64,000 bases of DNA from Candidatus Sericytochromatia bacterium (GTDB taxonomy: Bacteria; Cyanobacteriota; Sericytochromatia; S15B-MN24; UBA4093): assembly GCA_036676985.1 (NCBI GenBank), contig JAKFBU010000056.1, positions 1 to 64,000 of the forward strand. Direction: 5' to 3'. The notes below the pieces were generated by a model. It searched no databases and was not told the DNA's origin. It saw only the letters and a list, made by a program, of their open reading frames with translations. This document shows, in pieces, positions 28,214-37,700 of the stretch. Each line of letters begins with the position of its first letter. Position 1 is the first letter of the stretch. A program made the position numbers and the translations under genes.

Positions 28214-30763
28214 ATGTTCATCCAGCGGTCACAGGCGAACAACCCCTATGCCGCGTACCAGAAGCTGGTCGAGCGGCGTGCCCTCACGGGCTCGAGCAGC
28301 ATGGCCCTCAATGGGCCGGAGCTGAGCCTCGGGGACCTCGTCGCTCCGGCGGTGAGGACCCGGTTGCTCGCCCATTCCGAGCGCTACGAGCGCCTGGGGA
28401 ACAGCGCGCGGGCGTTGCTGCCGGCGCTTGGCGCCCTCGCCGAACCGGGTGCGACATGGCTCGGACACCTGTCCTCCAGGATCCCGGCCGGATCGGCGGC
28501 TGACTCCCTCCAGGCCCCCGCCATGGCGGCGACCGGGGCCGCGGCCGCCGCCCGGCCCGCGACCCTTCGCGGCGACGTGGCCATCTCGCTGCGCCCGGGC
28601 CAGGCAGGCACCACGGCCAGCATGATGAGCGAGGCGCCCCGCCTGGGATCGGAGACGGGCACCCCTGCGACCTTTGCCAGCCTCACCATGGGCCACGTCG
28701 CGCTCGAGACGAGCAAGATGGTCAAGGCCGAGTTGCACGGGTCCAACCTCAAGCTGCACAAGGCCAAGGAAGCCGACTTCGGATCCATCACCATCAACGG
28801 CGTCACGACCACGATCGGCGTCGCGGCCCCCCAGAACGACCTGGAGGCGGCCCAGTTCATCGCCGATCGGATCAACGGCAACGCGGACAACACGGTCACG
28901 GCCACCATCGACCGGAACGAGCGGAGCGTCATCCTCACGGCGAAGAACGCCGGGACGGCCGGCAACATCTCGATCGATCGGGTGACGGCCGACTCGGACG
29001 GCAAGACGTCCAACGACGTCTCGACGGGCTTCAAGGTGGGTGCCGCCGCCGCCGGCTCGGACGGCGGGTCGAGCGATTTCGGCTCGGTCACCATCAACGG
29101 CGTCACGACCTCCTTCGGCGTTCGCAGCAACGCCCAGCAGACGCCCCAGTCGACGGCCCAGTGGCTGGTCGATCGCCTCAACGCCAACACCGCGAACGAC
29201 TTCACGGCGAGCGTCGGCGGCGACGCGCTCGACCAGATCGTCCTGACCTCCAGGACCCCGGGCAGCCAGGGGGTGCTGCGGATCGACCAGGTCCTCTCCG
29301 ACAGCGACGCCAACCTTTCGAACACGGCCATCACGGGCTTCACGGCCGGATCCTTCGCCCAGGGCCAAGACGCCGCTCCGGGCATGACGGACCTGGGATC
29401 GGTCACCATCAACGGGGTCACGACGACCTTCGGCGTGGTGAGCAACGCCGATCAGACCTCGCAGGGCATCGCCCGCTTGATGGTCGATCGCCTGAACGCC
29501 AACGAGGACAACACCGTTATCGCGAGCCTGGGAGGCCAAAATCAGGACCAGGTCATCCTGACGGCCAAGACCCCGGGCAGCGCGGGCAGCTTCCGGATCG
29601 AGCGCAGTTCGAGCGACTCCAACGGTCGTACCGAAGACGACGGCTTCAACGGCTGGGCGGAAGGCCGCTCGGCCGCAGGCGTGGATGCGACGTCCGGATT
29701 GACGGACTTCGGGTCCCTCACCATCAACGGCTTCACGACCCGGCTCGGGGTGCTGGACGGCCGGGAGCACACGCCCCAGAGCGCCTTGCAGTACCTCATC
29801 GACCGACTCAACCAGAGCAACCCGACCATCACCGCCCGCGAGGAGGACGGTCACCTCGTGATTGGCTCCCGGACAACGGGGAGCAAGGCGTCCCTGACGG
29901 TCGAAGCCGTGACGTCCGACAGCGACGGGGATCCCACCAACGACCAAGCCCTGGGCTTTGCGCCCGGCATGGCGGCCGTGGGCTCGGATGCCTCCAGCTC
30001 CGGCTCCGGTTCCGCCTCGGTGGCGATCGCAGGGAGCTCGCGTGGCTCCACGATCGAGGGATTCATGGACCAACAGGTGGACGACCAACAGGTGGCCCGC
30101 CAGGTGGACAAGGCCTCGGGGTTCGCCCAGGACCTGACCCGTTACCTCCAGTCGCTGCGCGAGCAGGCTCAGGACCTGCCCCGTAGCGTCCAGGGCTTTG
30201 GAAACGAGCTGAGGAAGACCCTCCAGGGCGAGGCCGAGACCCTGCAAAAGCTCGGCATGCGGCTGACGGACGATGGGCTGGAGGTGGACGAGGCGACCCT
30301 CGGGAAAGCCATGCAGCAGGACCCCGGGTCGGTGACCGACGGCTTCAAGCGCCTGCACCAGGCCCTCGAGGCCTCCGTCGGAGCCCAGGCCTTCGCGCTC
30401 GACGAGATGCGCGCCGCCACCCATACGACCGGAGATGCGGCCACCACCATGAGCCAGGTCGCCGCGAGCATCTACAAGATCCAGCATCGCGCCGGGCGGA
30501 TCCAGTGGATGCTCGAGCAGGTGCAGCCCGCCGCGGAGTCGCTGCGCGAGCAAAGCGAACGCCTCCGCAAGCTGGCCGAGGAGAAGGACGAGCAAAAGGA
30601 GAAGCAGGTCGAGCGCCAGCAGAAGGACGAGGCGGACCAGACCGGGCTCGCTCGGCCGTCAGAGCGCGACGCCCGCGGGTTTGGACTCATGCGCTCCCCC
30701 GTACCGGAGGGGTACTTCGCTGCCGCCCCTAATCGAGGCTCGCAGCCTCAATGGCCCTTCTAG
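28214..30763 (+). CDS. FliD-like/flagellar-type protein with four ~100-aa beta-rich repeats
   Basis: Four D[FL]GS.TING.TT repeats resembling flagellin hook IN motifs; C-terminal LG...DDGLEVDEATL.KAMQQDP..V resembles FliD_C; no signal peptide. Start codon uncertain. Confidence 0.55.
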   Translation: MFIQRSQANNPYAAYQKLVERRALTGSSSMALNGPELSLGDLVAPAVRTRLLAHSERYERLGNSARALLPALGALAEPGATWLGHLSSRIPAGSAADSLQAPAMAATGAAAAARPATLRGDVAISLRPGQAGTTASMMSEAPRLGSETGTPATFASLTMGHVALETSKMVKAELHGSNLKLHKAKEADFGSITINGVTTTIGVAAPQNDLEAAQFIADRINGNADNTVTATIDRNERSVILTAKNAGTAGNISIDRVTADSDGKTSNDVSTGFKVGAAAAGSDGGSSDFGSVTINGVTTSFGVRSNAQQTPQSTAQWLVDRLNANTANDFTASVGGDALDQIVLTSRTPGSQGVLRIDQVLSDSDANLSNTAITGFTAGSFAQGQDAAPGMTDLGSVTINGVTTTFGVVSNADQTSQGIARLMVDRLNANEDNTVIASLGGQNQDQVILTAKTPGSAGSFRIERSSSDSNGRTEDDGFNGWAEGRSAAGVDATSGLTDFGSLTINGFTTRLGVLDGREHTPQSALQYLIDRLNQSNPTITAREEDGHLVIGSRTTGSKASLTVEAVTSDSDGDPTNDQALGFAPGMAAVGSDASSSGSGSASVAIAGSSRGSTIEGFMDQQVDDQQVARQVDKASGFAQDLTRYLQSLREQAQDLPRSVQGFGNELRKTLQGEAETLQKLGMRLTDDGLEVDEATLGKAMQQDPGSVTDGFKRLHQALEASVGAQAFALDEMRAATHTTGDAATTMSQVAASIYKIQHRAGRIQWMLEQVQPAAESLREQSERLRKLAEEKDEQKEKQVERQQKDEADQTGLARPSERDARGFGLMRSPVPEGYFAAAPNRGSQPQWPF

Positions 30764-32201
30764 CGTTGACCCGCCCGAAGCCGTAGTACCCGTCCCTCCC
30801 GGGCTCCCCCAGGTCGTCGGCGGAGCGCTGCAGGCGCCCGATCACCCGAGCGGCGAAGCTCGAGGTGCGGGTCACGGGCACGGACTCCGAGGCGTAGCGC
30901 GCGATCACCAGGGCCGCCACGCCAGCTGCATAGGGGGCGGCCATGGACGTCCCCGAGATGGCCCGGTAGGGGTTGGCCGAGGCGTCGGTGCCGCCGATGG
31001 AGCTGTTGAAGCGAGGCACCGTGGACCAGATGGCCCCTCCGGGCGCGGCCACGTCGATCCGCCCGCCGAAGTTGGAGAAGCCCGAGAGGAACTCGTAGCC
31101 GAGCGACGCCGAGGTGGAGCTGACGGCGAGGCACCGGCCGGAGTTGGCGGGCGCCGTCACGGGGCCCGACTCGTTGCCGGCCGCCACCACCGTCACCACC
31201 CCGCGCTCGGCGAGGTACCCGATGGCCTCGTCCATGGCCACGTCCGTGTGGAAGAGCCCCGCCGTCCCGAGGCTCATGTTGACCACCCGGACCCGGGCCC
31301 CGTCGGGGGCCTCGTAATCGGCGGCGAAGTACATGGCCCGCAGGATGTCGAAGGTGTTGGCGTAGCGGCCTCCGAACACCTTCAAGGGCATGATCCGTAC
31401 GCCCCAGGCGACGCCGGCCACGCCCCGGGCGTTGGCCCCGGCCGCTCCCACGATCCCCGCCACGTGCGTCCCGTGGCCGCTGGTATCCACCACGTTGCTC
31501 GCGGTCGCTGCAGGGTAGCCCCCGAGATCCGGGTCGAAGGAGTTGGTGGCCGTGAAGTTGCGCGGCGCCTCCAGCCGCCCCGCGAACTCCGGGTGGCCCA
31601 CGTCGAGCCCGGTATCGATCACGGCCACGATGACCCGGGCCTGGCTCGCTCCGGATCCCGGCAAGGCCGACAAGAGGTCCCAGGCGCCCTCGGTGTCGCC
31701 GTGCCCCGGGCGGTGCGCCCACTGGGAGGCGTAGTGGGTGTCCTGCATGCCGCTCGGAAAGGAGTAGGTCGGCTGGTAGAGGCGGTTCAGAGCCGCGTAG
31801 CGTACGCCCGGCACTCCGTAGAGCGCACGCGAGGTCTCCTGGGGCGTGGAGCCCGGAGCGATCGCCACCCGGATCATGCGCCGCGTTCCGTCCACCCGCT
31901 CCAGCACCCGGACGCCGGGCAGCCGGTCCAGGAGCGCGGACTCGTCCGTCGCACCCTCGAGAGCCACCAGGAGCTCGTCCGGGGCGTAGGCCGTGGACGC
32001 CCGGCCGATGGGCAGGGGCTCCTGCACGTGTGCCCAGCCGGACGGCTCACCTGGCGAAGTCACGCTCCCCTGCTCGACGCGCACGGCCGGATCGGCCGCG
32101 GGCTGCGGCGGAGCACCGGACAGCTGGGGCGGCGTGCAGCCCGCAAGCCCGGCGAGCGAGAGGCCCAGGGCGAGGGAAAGGTTGCGCAGGCGTCTCGTCA
32201 T
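30729..32201 (-). CDS. S8 subtilisin-like serine protease lipoprotein
   Basis: Lipobox LAGC; catalytic motifs VIDTG, GHGTHVAG and SGTSMAAP; AAGN. Confidence 0.92.
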   Translation of the reverse strand: MTRRLRNLSLALGLSLAGLAGCTPPQLSGAPPQPAADPAVRVEQGSVTSPGEPSGWAHVQEPLPIGRASTAYAPDELLVALEGATDESALLDRLPGVRVLERVDGTRRMIRVAIAPGSTPQETSRALYGVPGVRYAALNRLYQPTYSFPSGMQDTHYASQWAHRPGHGDTEGAWDLLSALPGSGASQARVIVAVIDTGLDVGHPEFAGRLEAPRNFTATNSFDPDLGGYPAATASNVVDTSGHGTHVAGIVGAAGANARGVAGVAWGVRIMPLKVFGGRYANTFDILRAMYFAADYEAPDGARVRVVNMSLGTAGLFHTDVAMDEAIGYLAERGVVTVVAAGNESGPVTAPANSGRCLAVSSTSASLGYEFLSGFSNFGGRIDVAAPGGAIWSTVPRFNSSIGGTDASANPYRAISGTSMAAPYAAGVAALVIARYASESVPVTRTSSFAARVIGRLQRSADDLGEPGRDGYYGFGRVNARRAIEAASLD

Positions 32202-32211
32202 CCCGGCCTCC

Positions 32212-33498
32212 CTAGGGTGCATAGACTTCGACCACGCGGGTCGCGCGCCCGGCGGCATCCGCGCCGCCCAGGGCGTAGAGACGGCCGTTGTGGGGTACCA
32301 GGGCCAGGATCGAGCGGGCCGTTGGCATCGGCGCCAGGGTGGCCCAGGTGTCGGTGGCCGGGTCATAGGCCTCGACCGTACGCAGGGTCGCCCCGAGCTC
32401 GTTCTTGCCGCCCACCACGTAGATCTTCCCGTTGAGGGCAGCCACGGCGAAGCCGTACCGCTCGGTGGGCATGCGCGCGGGGCCGCCCGGCTCGCCCGAG
32501 ATGAGCCATGCGTTGGTCGCGGGATGGTAGACCTGCATCAGCGTGTCCGCATCCGGCCGATCGGCCGCCGCGCTCGCGAGGGTGTAGCCGCCCACCGCGA
32601 AGATCCGACCGTCCACGGCCGCAAGGCCGAGTCCCGCCCGCGGGAAGCGGAGGGAGGCGATGGAGCGGGCCAACCGCACCTGCCGGAAGGGATCCGACGG
32701 GTCGGGCGGCTGGAGCGTGTCGAAGACGTAGCTCGCACTCCGGACCGTCTGCAGATCGCGGCCACCCGCGACGTAGACCTTGCCGTCCAGCGAGGTCACG
32801 CCCATGGAGTAGACGGGTTGACCGGCAAGCTCCAAAAGGGCGGACGGGTAGTCCGGCTGCTTGGGCATGCCCATGGGGTCCCGGCTCCCGAGCGCGAGGC
32901 CCGTGTAGTTGGCGCCCCACTCGTCGCCCGACATGCCGCCGAGCACCGCGACGGTGGAATCCACCATGGCCGCCCCGGCGAAGTAGAGGTTCGTGCCGCC
33001 CTGCCCGAGCCCGCCGAAGGACGAGCGGTAGCGCTGCCACTGGCCCGTCGCGTACGTGAAGGTCTCGTCCGTCAAGGAGCCGTCTCCGGTGAAGACGAAG
33101 AGGCGATCGCCCCCATCGACGGCCACCAGCCCCTGCCGCGCCAGGATCATGGGCGTGTGGGGCGACCACGAGTTGGGAGCCATGTCGAGGGTACGCACGT
33201 CCAGGCCCCCGCTGCCCGAGGGAGCAGTGGTCGGGGTGGGGCTCGGCGTGGGCGTCGGGGTCGGGTCGGCCGAGACGTCCGGCGTGGGCGTCGGATCAAC
33301 CGAGGAGGTGGCCGTGGGGGCTGGGCTCGGCGACCTGGTGGGGGTGGGCGAGGGCGATCGCCGCACCGTGATCGTGCCGTCGCTGCCCACGTTGAGCCCC
33401 GTCCCGCCGAGCCCCGGGCACCCGGTGGTGAAGGCGGCAACGGCCACGCTGAGGGCTGCCATGCCCACTCGAACGGTCGATTGTGCGCGTCGGCTCAT
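32212..33498 (-). CDS. Kelch-repeat lipoprotein with Pro/Thr linker
   Basis: Lipobox TTGC; PTPTP linker; Kelch blades GKIYVVGG..VEAYDP..W. Confidence 0.85.
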   Translation of the reverse strand: MSRRAQSTVRVGMAALSVAVAAFTTGCPGLGGTGLNVGSDGTITVRRSPSPTPTRSPSPAPTATSSVDPTPTPDVSADPTPTPTPSPTPTTAPSGSGGLDVRTLDMAPNSWSPHTPMILARQGLVAVDGGDRLFVFTGDGSLTDETFTYATGQWQRYRSSFGGLGQGGTNLYFAGAAMVDSTVAVLGGMSGDEWGANYTGLALGSRDPMGMPKQPDYPSALLELAGQPVYSMGVTSLDGKVYVAGGRDLQTVRSASYVFDTLQPPDPSDPFRQVRLARSIASLRFPRAGLGLAAVDGRIFAVGGYTLASAAADRPDADTLMQVYHPATNAWLISGEPGGPARMPTERYGFAVAALNGKIYVVGGKNELGATLRTVEAYDPATDTWATLAPMPTARSILALVPHNGRLYALGGADAAGRATRVVEVYAP

Positions 33499-33507
33499 GG
33501 CGCTCTC

Positions 33508-35361
33508 CTACGGCACGAACGACTCGACGGTGTCCTGGGGCGCGCCTTCGAGGCCGGCGCTGCCGCCGTCCCCTCCGCCCGCGACCACGATGCGTCCGTT
33601 CACGAGGCCCGCCGTCACGTAGCCGCGCGCCCGGCGCAGGGGCGGCTTGATGGCCCACCGCCCGGTCACCGGATCGAACACCTCCACCGAGTTGAGGGGG
33701 ATGCCCCCGATGGTGCAGCCGCCGATCACGTAGATCTTGCCGTTCGCCGCGACCGCCGCCGCCCCGCCGCGCGCCGTGGGCATGGCGGGCTCCAGCCGCC
33801 ACTGCCCGTTGGCATCCGCGCTCTCGACGGCGTTGGAGGGGAACTGGACGTAGGAGCCCGCGAAGTCCGAGAACTCTTGGCCACCGAAGGCGTAGATCCG
33901 GCCAGCCTGCACGACGGTGGCCATGTCGCCGCGCGCGACGTTCAGACCGGTCGGCAGGGTAGCCCACGTGTTGGCGGTCGGATCGTAGCGGAAGCTCTCG
34001 GTGGCGTTGAACTCGGCCGAGAAGTCCCGGTCGTAGGCTGTGTTGCTCTCGGGATAGCTCCCATACGGCCCCCACGAGGCGTCCCGGAAGCCGCCCACCA
34101 GGTAGAGATGCCCGCCGAGGGCCGCCACCGAGGCCCCTCCGCGCGGTACCGGCAGGCTCGGCAGCGTGGACCAGGCACCGCCGTCGAAGCGATAGACGTC
34201 GCGCGCAAGCGCCAGGCCAAACACCCCCGGGCGGATGCCCCCCGCCACGTAGAAGGATCCCCCGAGGCTCGCTCCCTGGGCGTAGCCGAGGACGGCCGGC
34301 AGTCCGGCCTTCTGGGACCAGGACGCGCCATCGTAGGCCCAGACCTGGTTGTGGAAGTAAAGGGAGTCCGTCGCGCGTCGTAGGCCGCCCGCCTGGATCA
34401 GGAGGTCCTCGCCCCCGACGGTCAGCAGGCCGCAGGCACCCGCCATGCCGGCCACGGGCATGGCGCCCTGCACCTGATCGGGCGGCGCGCCCAGGTTCAC
34501 GGACACGGTGGCCGTCTGGTTGGACGTCAGCGTGAGGGAACGGGTGGCCTCGACGCCCATGCCGAGGCTCCGCGCGTGCAGCACCCACGTGCCCGGCGCC
34601 ACCGGCGTCACGCGGTGCGTCCCGTTGTGCAGGGTGACGTTCTTGGGAGAAAGCGGGTCGTCGAGCCAGACGTCTGCCGGAGCCGGTCCCGGGATGCCCT
34701 CCAGCGTCACGTCCAGGGTCGCGGGATAGCGGACGTAGCGCGTCTCGAAGGAGGGCACCCGGCCCGCCAGCTGGATGTCCGCGGCGATCGCCTCCGCGTT
34801 CACGAGCTCGGGATAGACGGCTCCTTGCCGGATCACCGCCTCGACGAGCCCTTGCAGTGCGGCTTCGTTCAGCGTCTCGGCGAGGTGGCGGTCCTGGGCG
34901 CGATCGCCCGCGAGCACCCGCTCGAAGACCATGCCGCGCGGCGTGGTGACCTTGCCGAGGTCGGCCCGAGCCGAGGTGCCCGCGACGATGTCGACGGTGG
35001 TCTTGAGGGTGCCGCCCGGGACCGGGGCCCCCTGCGCGTCGAGGCGGTCCAGGGTCACGATGCGGTTGGGCCCCGCCGGCAGGTTCGAGACGACCAGCGA
35101 GGCGGTGGCCTCGCTGGAGAGGTCGGCCGTCAGGACCACCGGCGCGCTCATGCCGGGTCCGTCCACCGAGAGGCGCGCCCGCGCGGCCGGGGCGGCCCAC
35201 TGGGTGGCGCGTGCTTCGGCGCCGAGGACGAGGCGCACTTCGCCGCGGGCCGTGGAGGGCAGGGTGGTGGAGGTCGTCAGGGCGCGCGGCGTGCAGCCCG
35301 CGAGGCCCACGCAGGCGGCGAGGGTCAGCCAGCCGATTGTCCGAGGGGTGCATGCCGGCAT
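33508..35361 (-). CDS. Kelch-repeat lipoprotein
   Basis: Lipobox LAGC; six GG-containing Kelch blades in the C-terminal half. Confidence 0.85.
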   Translation of the reverse strand: MPACTPRTIGWLTLAACVGLAGCTPRALTTSTTLPSTARGEVRLVLGAEARATQWAAPAARARLSVDGPGMSAPVVLTADLSSEATASLVVSNLPAGPNRIVTLDRLDAQGAPVPGGTLKTTVDIVAGTSARADLGKVTTPRGMVFERVLAGDRAQDRHLAETLNEAALQGLVEAVIRQGAVYPELVNAEAIAADIQLAGRVPSFETRYVRYPATLDVTLEGIPGPAPADVWLDDPLSPKNVTLHNGTHRVTPVAPGTWVLHARSLGMGVEATRSLTLTSNQTATVSVNLGAPPDQVQGAMPVAGMAGACGLLTVGGEDLLIQAGGLRRATDSLYFHNQVWAYDGASWSQKAGLPAVLGYAQGASLGGSFYVAGGIRPGVFGLALARDVYRFDGGAWSTLPSLPVPRGGASVAALGGHLYLVGGFRDASWGPYGSYPESNTAYDRDFSAEFNATESFRYDPTANTWATLPTGLNVARGDMATVVQAGRIYAFGGQEFSDFAGSYVQFPSNAVESADANGQWRLEPAMPTARGGAAAVAANGKIYVIGGCTIGGIPLNSVEVFDPVTGRWAIKPPLRRARGYVTAGLVNGRIVVAGGGDGGSAGLEGAPQDTVESFVP

Positions 35362-35533
35362 GCCGTCCGCCTTCCCGCCTGATTGCCTCTAGAGGTTGTT
35401 CCCGCGATCGCCGGCGGCTAATCCGGCCCCCGAGCGCCCAAATTGCGCCACGCTCGGTCGGTTGATATACTGGGGCGCATCACACCCGTCCCCAGGGGGT
35501 GGATGGGGCACTCGAGCCAACAAAGGACGGCCC

Positions 35534-36583
35534 ATGCACGGCGACCTCACGTTCCGGGAAATCCTCGAGCAGCCGGCGGTCTGGCAGCGCGTGCTCGACA
35601 GCCTGCCCCAGCGGCTCGAAGGGCTCGACCTCGAAGGAGTCGAGGAACTCCTCTTTCTGGGCTGCGGCAGCTCCTACCACCTGGCCGAGGCGGGCGCCAA
35701 GATCTTCGCGGACGTCACGGGCGCCCGGGTCCGGTTCGCCCCCGCCTCCGAGGTCTTCCTCGCCCCCCACACGCTCTTCCACAAGGGCGATCGCATCGCC
35801 GTCGTCGCCATCTCTCGCACGGGCACGACCTCTGAGGTCCTCAAGGCCATCGACCTGTTCAAGCGCCTGCGCACGACCGGTGACCTGTCGGGACCGGTCT
35901 ACGGCGTCACCTGCACCCCGGACAGCCCGATCGTCGCCGCCTGCGACCAGAGCGTGCTCGTCCCGGCCACCGAGGAGAGCCTGGTGATGACCCAGGCCTT
36001 CACCGGGACCCTCCTGGCGATCGCCCTCTGGGCCGCGGCCGTGAGCGCGGAAGCAGGCTCCCTGGGGGCCCTGAGCGCCCTCGACGCCGCGGGCCAGCAG
36101 GTCCTCGAACGCGCCTCCATGATTAAAGAACTGGCCTCTTACGCCGAGATCCGACGCTTCGTCTTCCTCGGATCGGGCCCGCTGCACGCGATCGCCGAGG
36201 AGGGCGCCCTCAAGCTCATGGAGATGGCGCTGGTGCCGGACGTCGCCGCCTACCACGCCTTGGAATACCGGCACGGCCCCAAGTCGACCATCGGCCCCGA
36301 CACCCTCGTGGTCATGCTCCTCTCCCAGGCCGCGGGCCGTTACGAGCGGGAGCTCCTCGCGGAGCTCAAGGGGCTCGGGGCGCGCACCCTCGTGCTGGTC
36401 GGCAACGAAGCGGAGGCGGTGGCCCCCCATGCCGATTACCAGGTCGCGGTCGGGGCCTACCCCGACGCCCTGCGCGCCGTGCTCTACACGCCGCTGCTGC
36501 AACTATTGGCCTACCACCGGGCCATCCTGCGCGGGACCGATCCCGACCATCCCCAGCACCTGAGCCGTTCGGTCATCCTCTAA
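35534..36583 (+). CDS. double-SIS sugar-phosphate isomerase/deaminase (AgaS/GlmS-C-like)
   Basis: EILEQP, GCGSSY, SRTGTT.E, EGALKL.E and EYRHGPKS motifs. Confidence 0.85.
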   Translation: MHGDLTFREILEQPAVWQRVLDSLPQRLEGLDLEGVEELLFLGCGSSYHLAEAGAKIFADVTGARVRFAPASEVFLAPHTLFHKGDRIAVVAISRTGTTSEVLKAIDLFKRLRTTGDLSGPVYGVTCTPDSPIVAACDQSVLVPATEESLVMTQAFTGTLLAIALWAAAVSAEAGSLGALSALDAAGQQVLERASMIKELASYAEIRRFVFLGSGPLHAIAEEGALKLMEMALVPDVAAYHALEYRHGPKSTIGPDTLVVMLLSQAAGRYERELLAELKGLGARTLVLVGNEAEAVAPHADYQVAVGAYPDALRAVLYTPLLQLLAYHRAILRGTDPDHPQHLSRSVIL

Positions 36584-36594
36584 GGAGTCGCTCC

Positions 36595-37473
36595 ATGCCG
36601 CTGGTCCCCGCCACCTCCGTTCTCGCCGCCGCACGCGCGGGCCGCTACGCCGTGGGCGCCTTCAACGCCCACAACCTCGAGTTCGTCCAGGGCATCCTGC
36701 GCGCCGCCGAGGAGCTGCAGGCCCCGGTCATCCTCCAGCTCACGGCGCGGGCCATCCACTACGCCGGCCTCCGGACGCTCGCGTCCATGGTCCGCGCCGC
36801 GGCCCAGCAGTCGCCGGTGCCCGTGGTCATGCACCTGGATCAGGGCGACTACGAGATGAACATGCGCTGCCTGGTGGCGGGCTTCACGTCCCTCATGTTC
36901 GACGGCTCGGCCCTACCGTTCGCCATGAACGTGGAGGAGTCGCACCGGGTGGCCGAGGCCGCGCACGTCATGGGGATCCCCGTGGAAGGCGAGCTCGGCC
37001 ACGTCGGCGGCCGGCGCCAGGCCGCTCCCGGCGCTCCGGAGGACTTCACGGATCCCGACGCCGCCCAGCGCTACGTGACGCTCTCGGGGGTGGACAGCCT
37101 CGCGGTCACGGTGGGCTCCGTGCCCCGCATGCGCGAGAAGACCGCCCGGCTCGATATCGCCCGCATCCGGGCCCTCTCCCACGCCACGGGCGTTCCCCTC
37201 GTGCTCCGCCACTCCTCGGGGCTCACGGACGACGACCTGCGCCAGGCCATCTCCAACGGCATTGCCAAGGTCGTGGTCGGCACCGAGCTGAACCACGCCT
37301 TCACCGGCGCCCTGCGCCAGGCGGTGGAGCGGGATCCCGAGCAGATCGACCCCAGACCGCTGCTCGGAGCGGGGCGCACGGCGATCGCCGAGGTGGTCCG
37401 CGAGAAGATCCGGCTCTTCGGTTCGGCGGGCAAGGGTCTAGAGGCTGCTTCCCAGGCGATTTCGGGGCGCTGA
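36595..37473 (+). CDS. class II fructose/tagatose-bisphosphate aldolase homolog with altered Zn ligands
   Basis: YAVGAFN, SLMFDGS, VEGELG, TDP..A and DPR are present, but HLDQG, GSVPR and VLRHSSG replace the His motifs. Confidence 0.8.
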   Translation: MPLVPATSVLAAARAGRYAVGAFNAHNLEFVQGILRAAEELQAPVILQLTARAIHYAGLRTLASMVRAAAQQSPVPVVMHLDQGDYEMNMRCLVAGFTSLMFDGSALPFAMNVEESHRVAEAAHVMGIPVEGELGHVGGRRQAAPGAPEDFTDPDAAQRYVTLSGVDSLAVTVGSVPRMREKTARLDIARIRALSHATGVPLVLRHSSGLTDDDLRQAISNGIAKVVVGTELNHAFTGALRQAVERDPEQIDPRPLLGAGRTAIAEVVREKIRLFGSAGKGLEAASQAISGR

Positions 37474-37700
37474 ATCGTTACCTAACTTCAAATTTCGCTT
37501 GGATGTAAACGTCCGCCGGGCTGGTGTATCCACCCGGCGGACGCGGCTATGACTTGCTCAGCAAGAGGGAGCCACCGCAATATCTCGACACGTATCGCAA
37601 GAATATTGCCGATTTGCTGCGGGTAGGAAGGTGTCACGAAGAAAGATTGCGCCATATTTCTCGGCCGCAACCTCTCGCAACGAAAGGACACTTTTTCCGA

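Noticed and set aside
30729-30763. 35-bp overlap of convergent gene ends as a frameshift
   Set aside because: Both proteins appear complete, and short convergent overlaps are common.
37510-37700. Structured leader or ncRNA upstream of the glycoside hydrolase
   Set aside because: One hairpin (37510-37543) and a GCAATAT/ATATTGC pair are present, but I recognise no riboswitch. A terminator for the aldolase operon is the simpler explanation.
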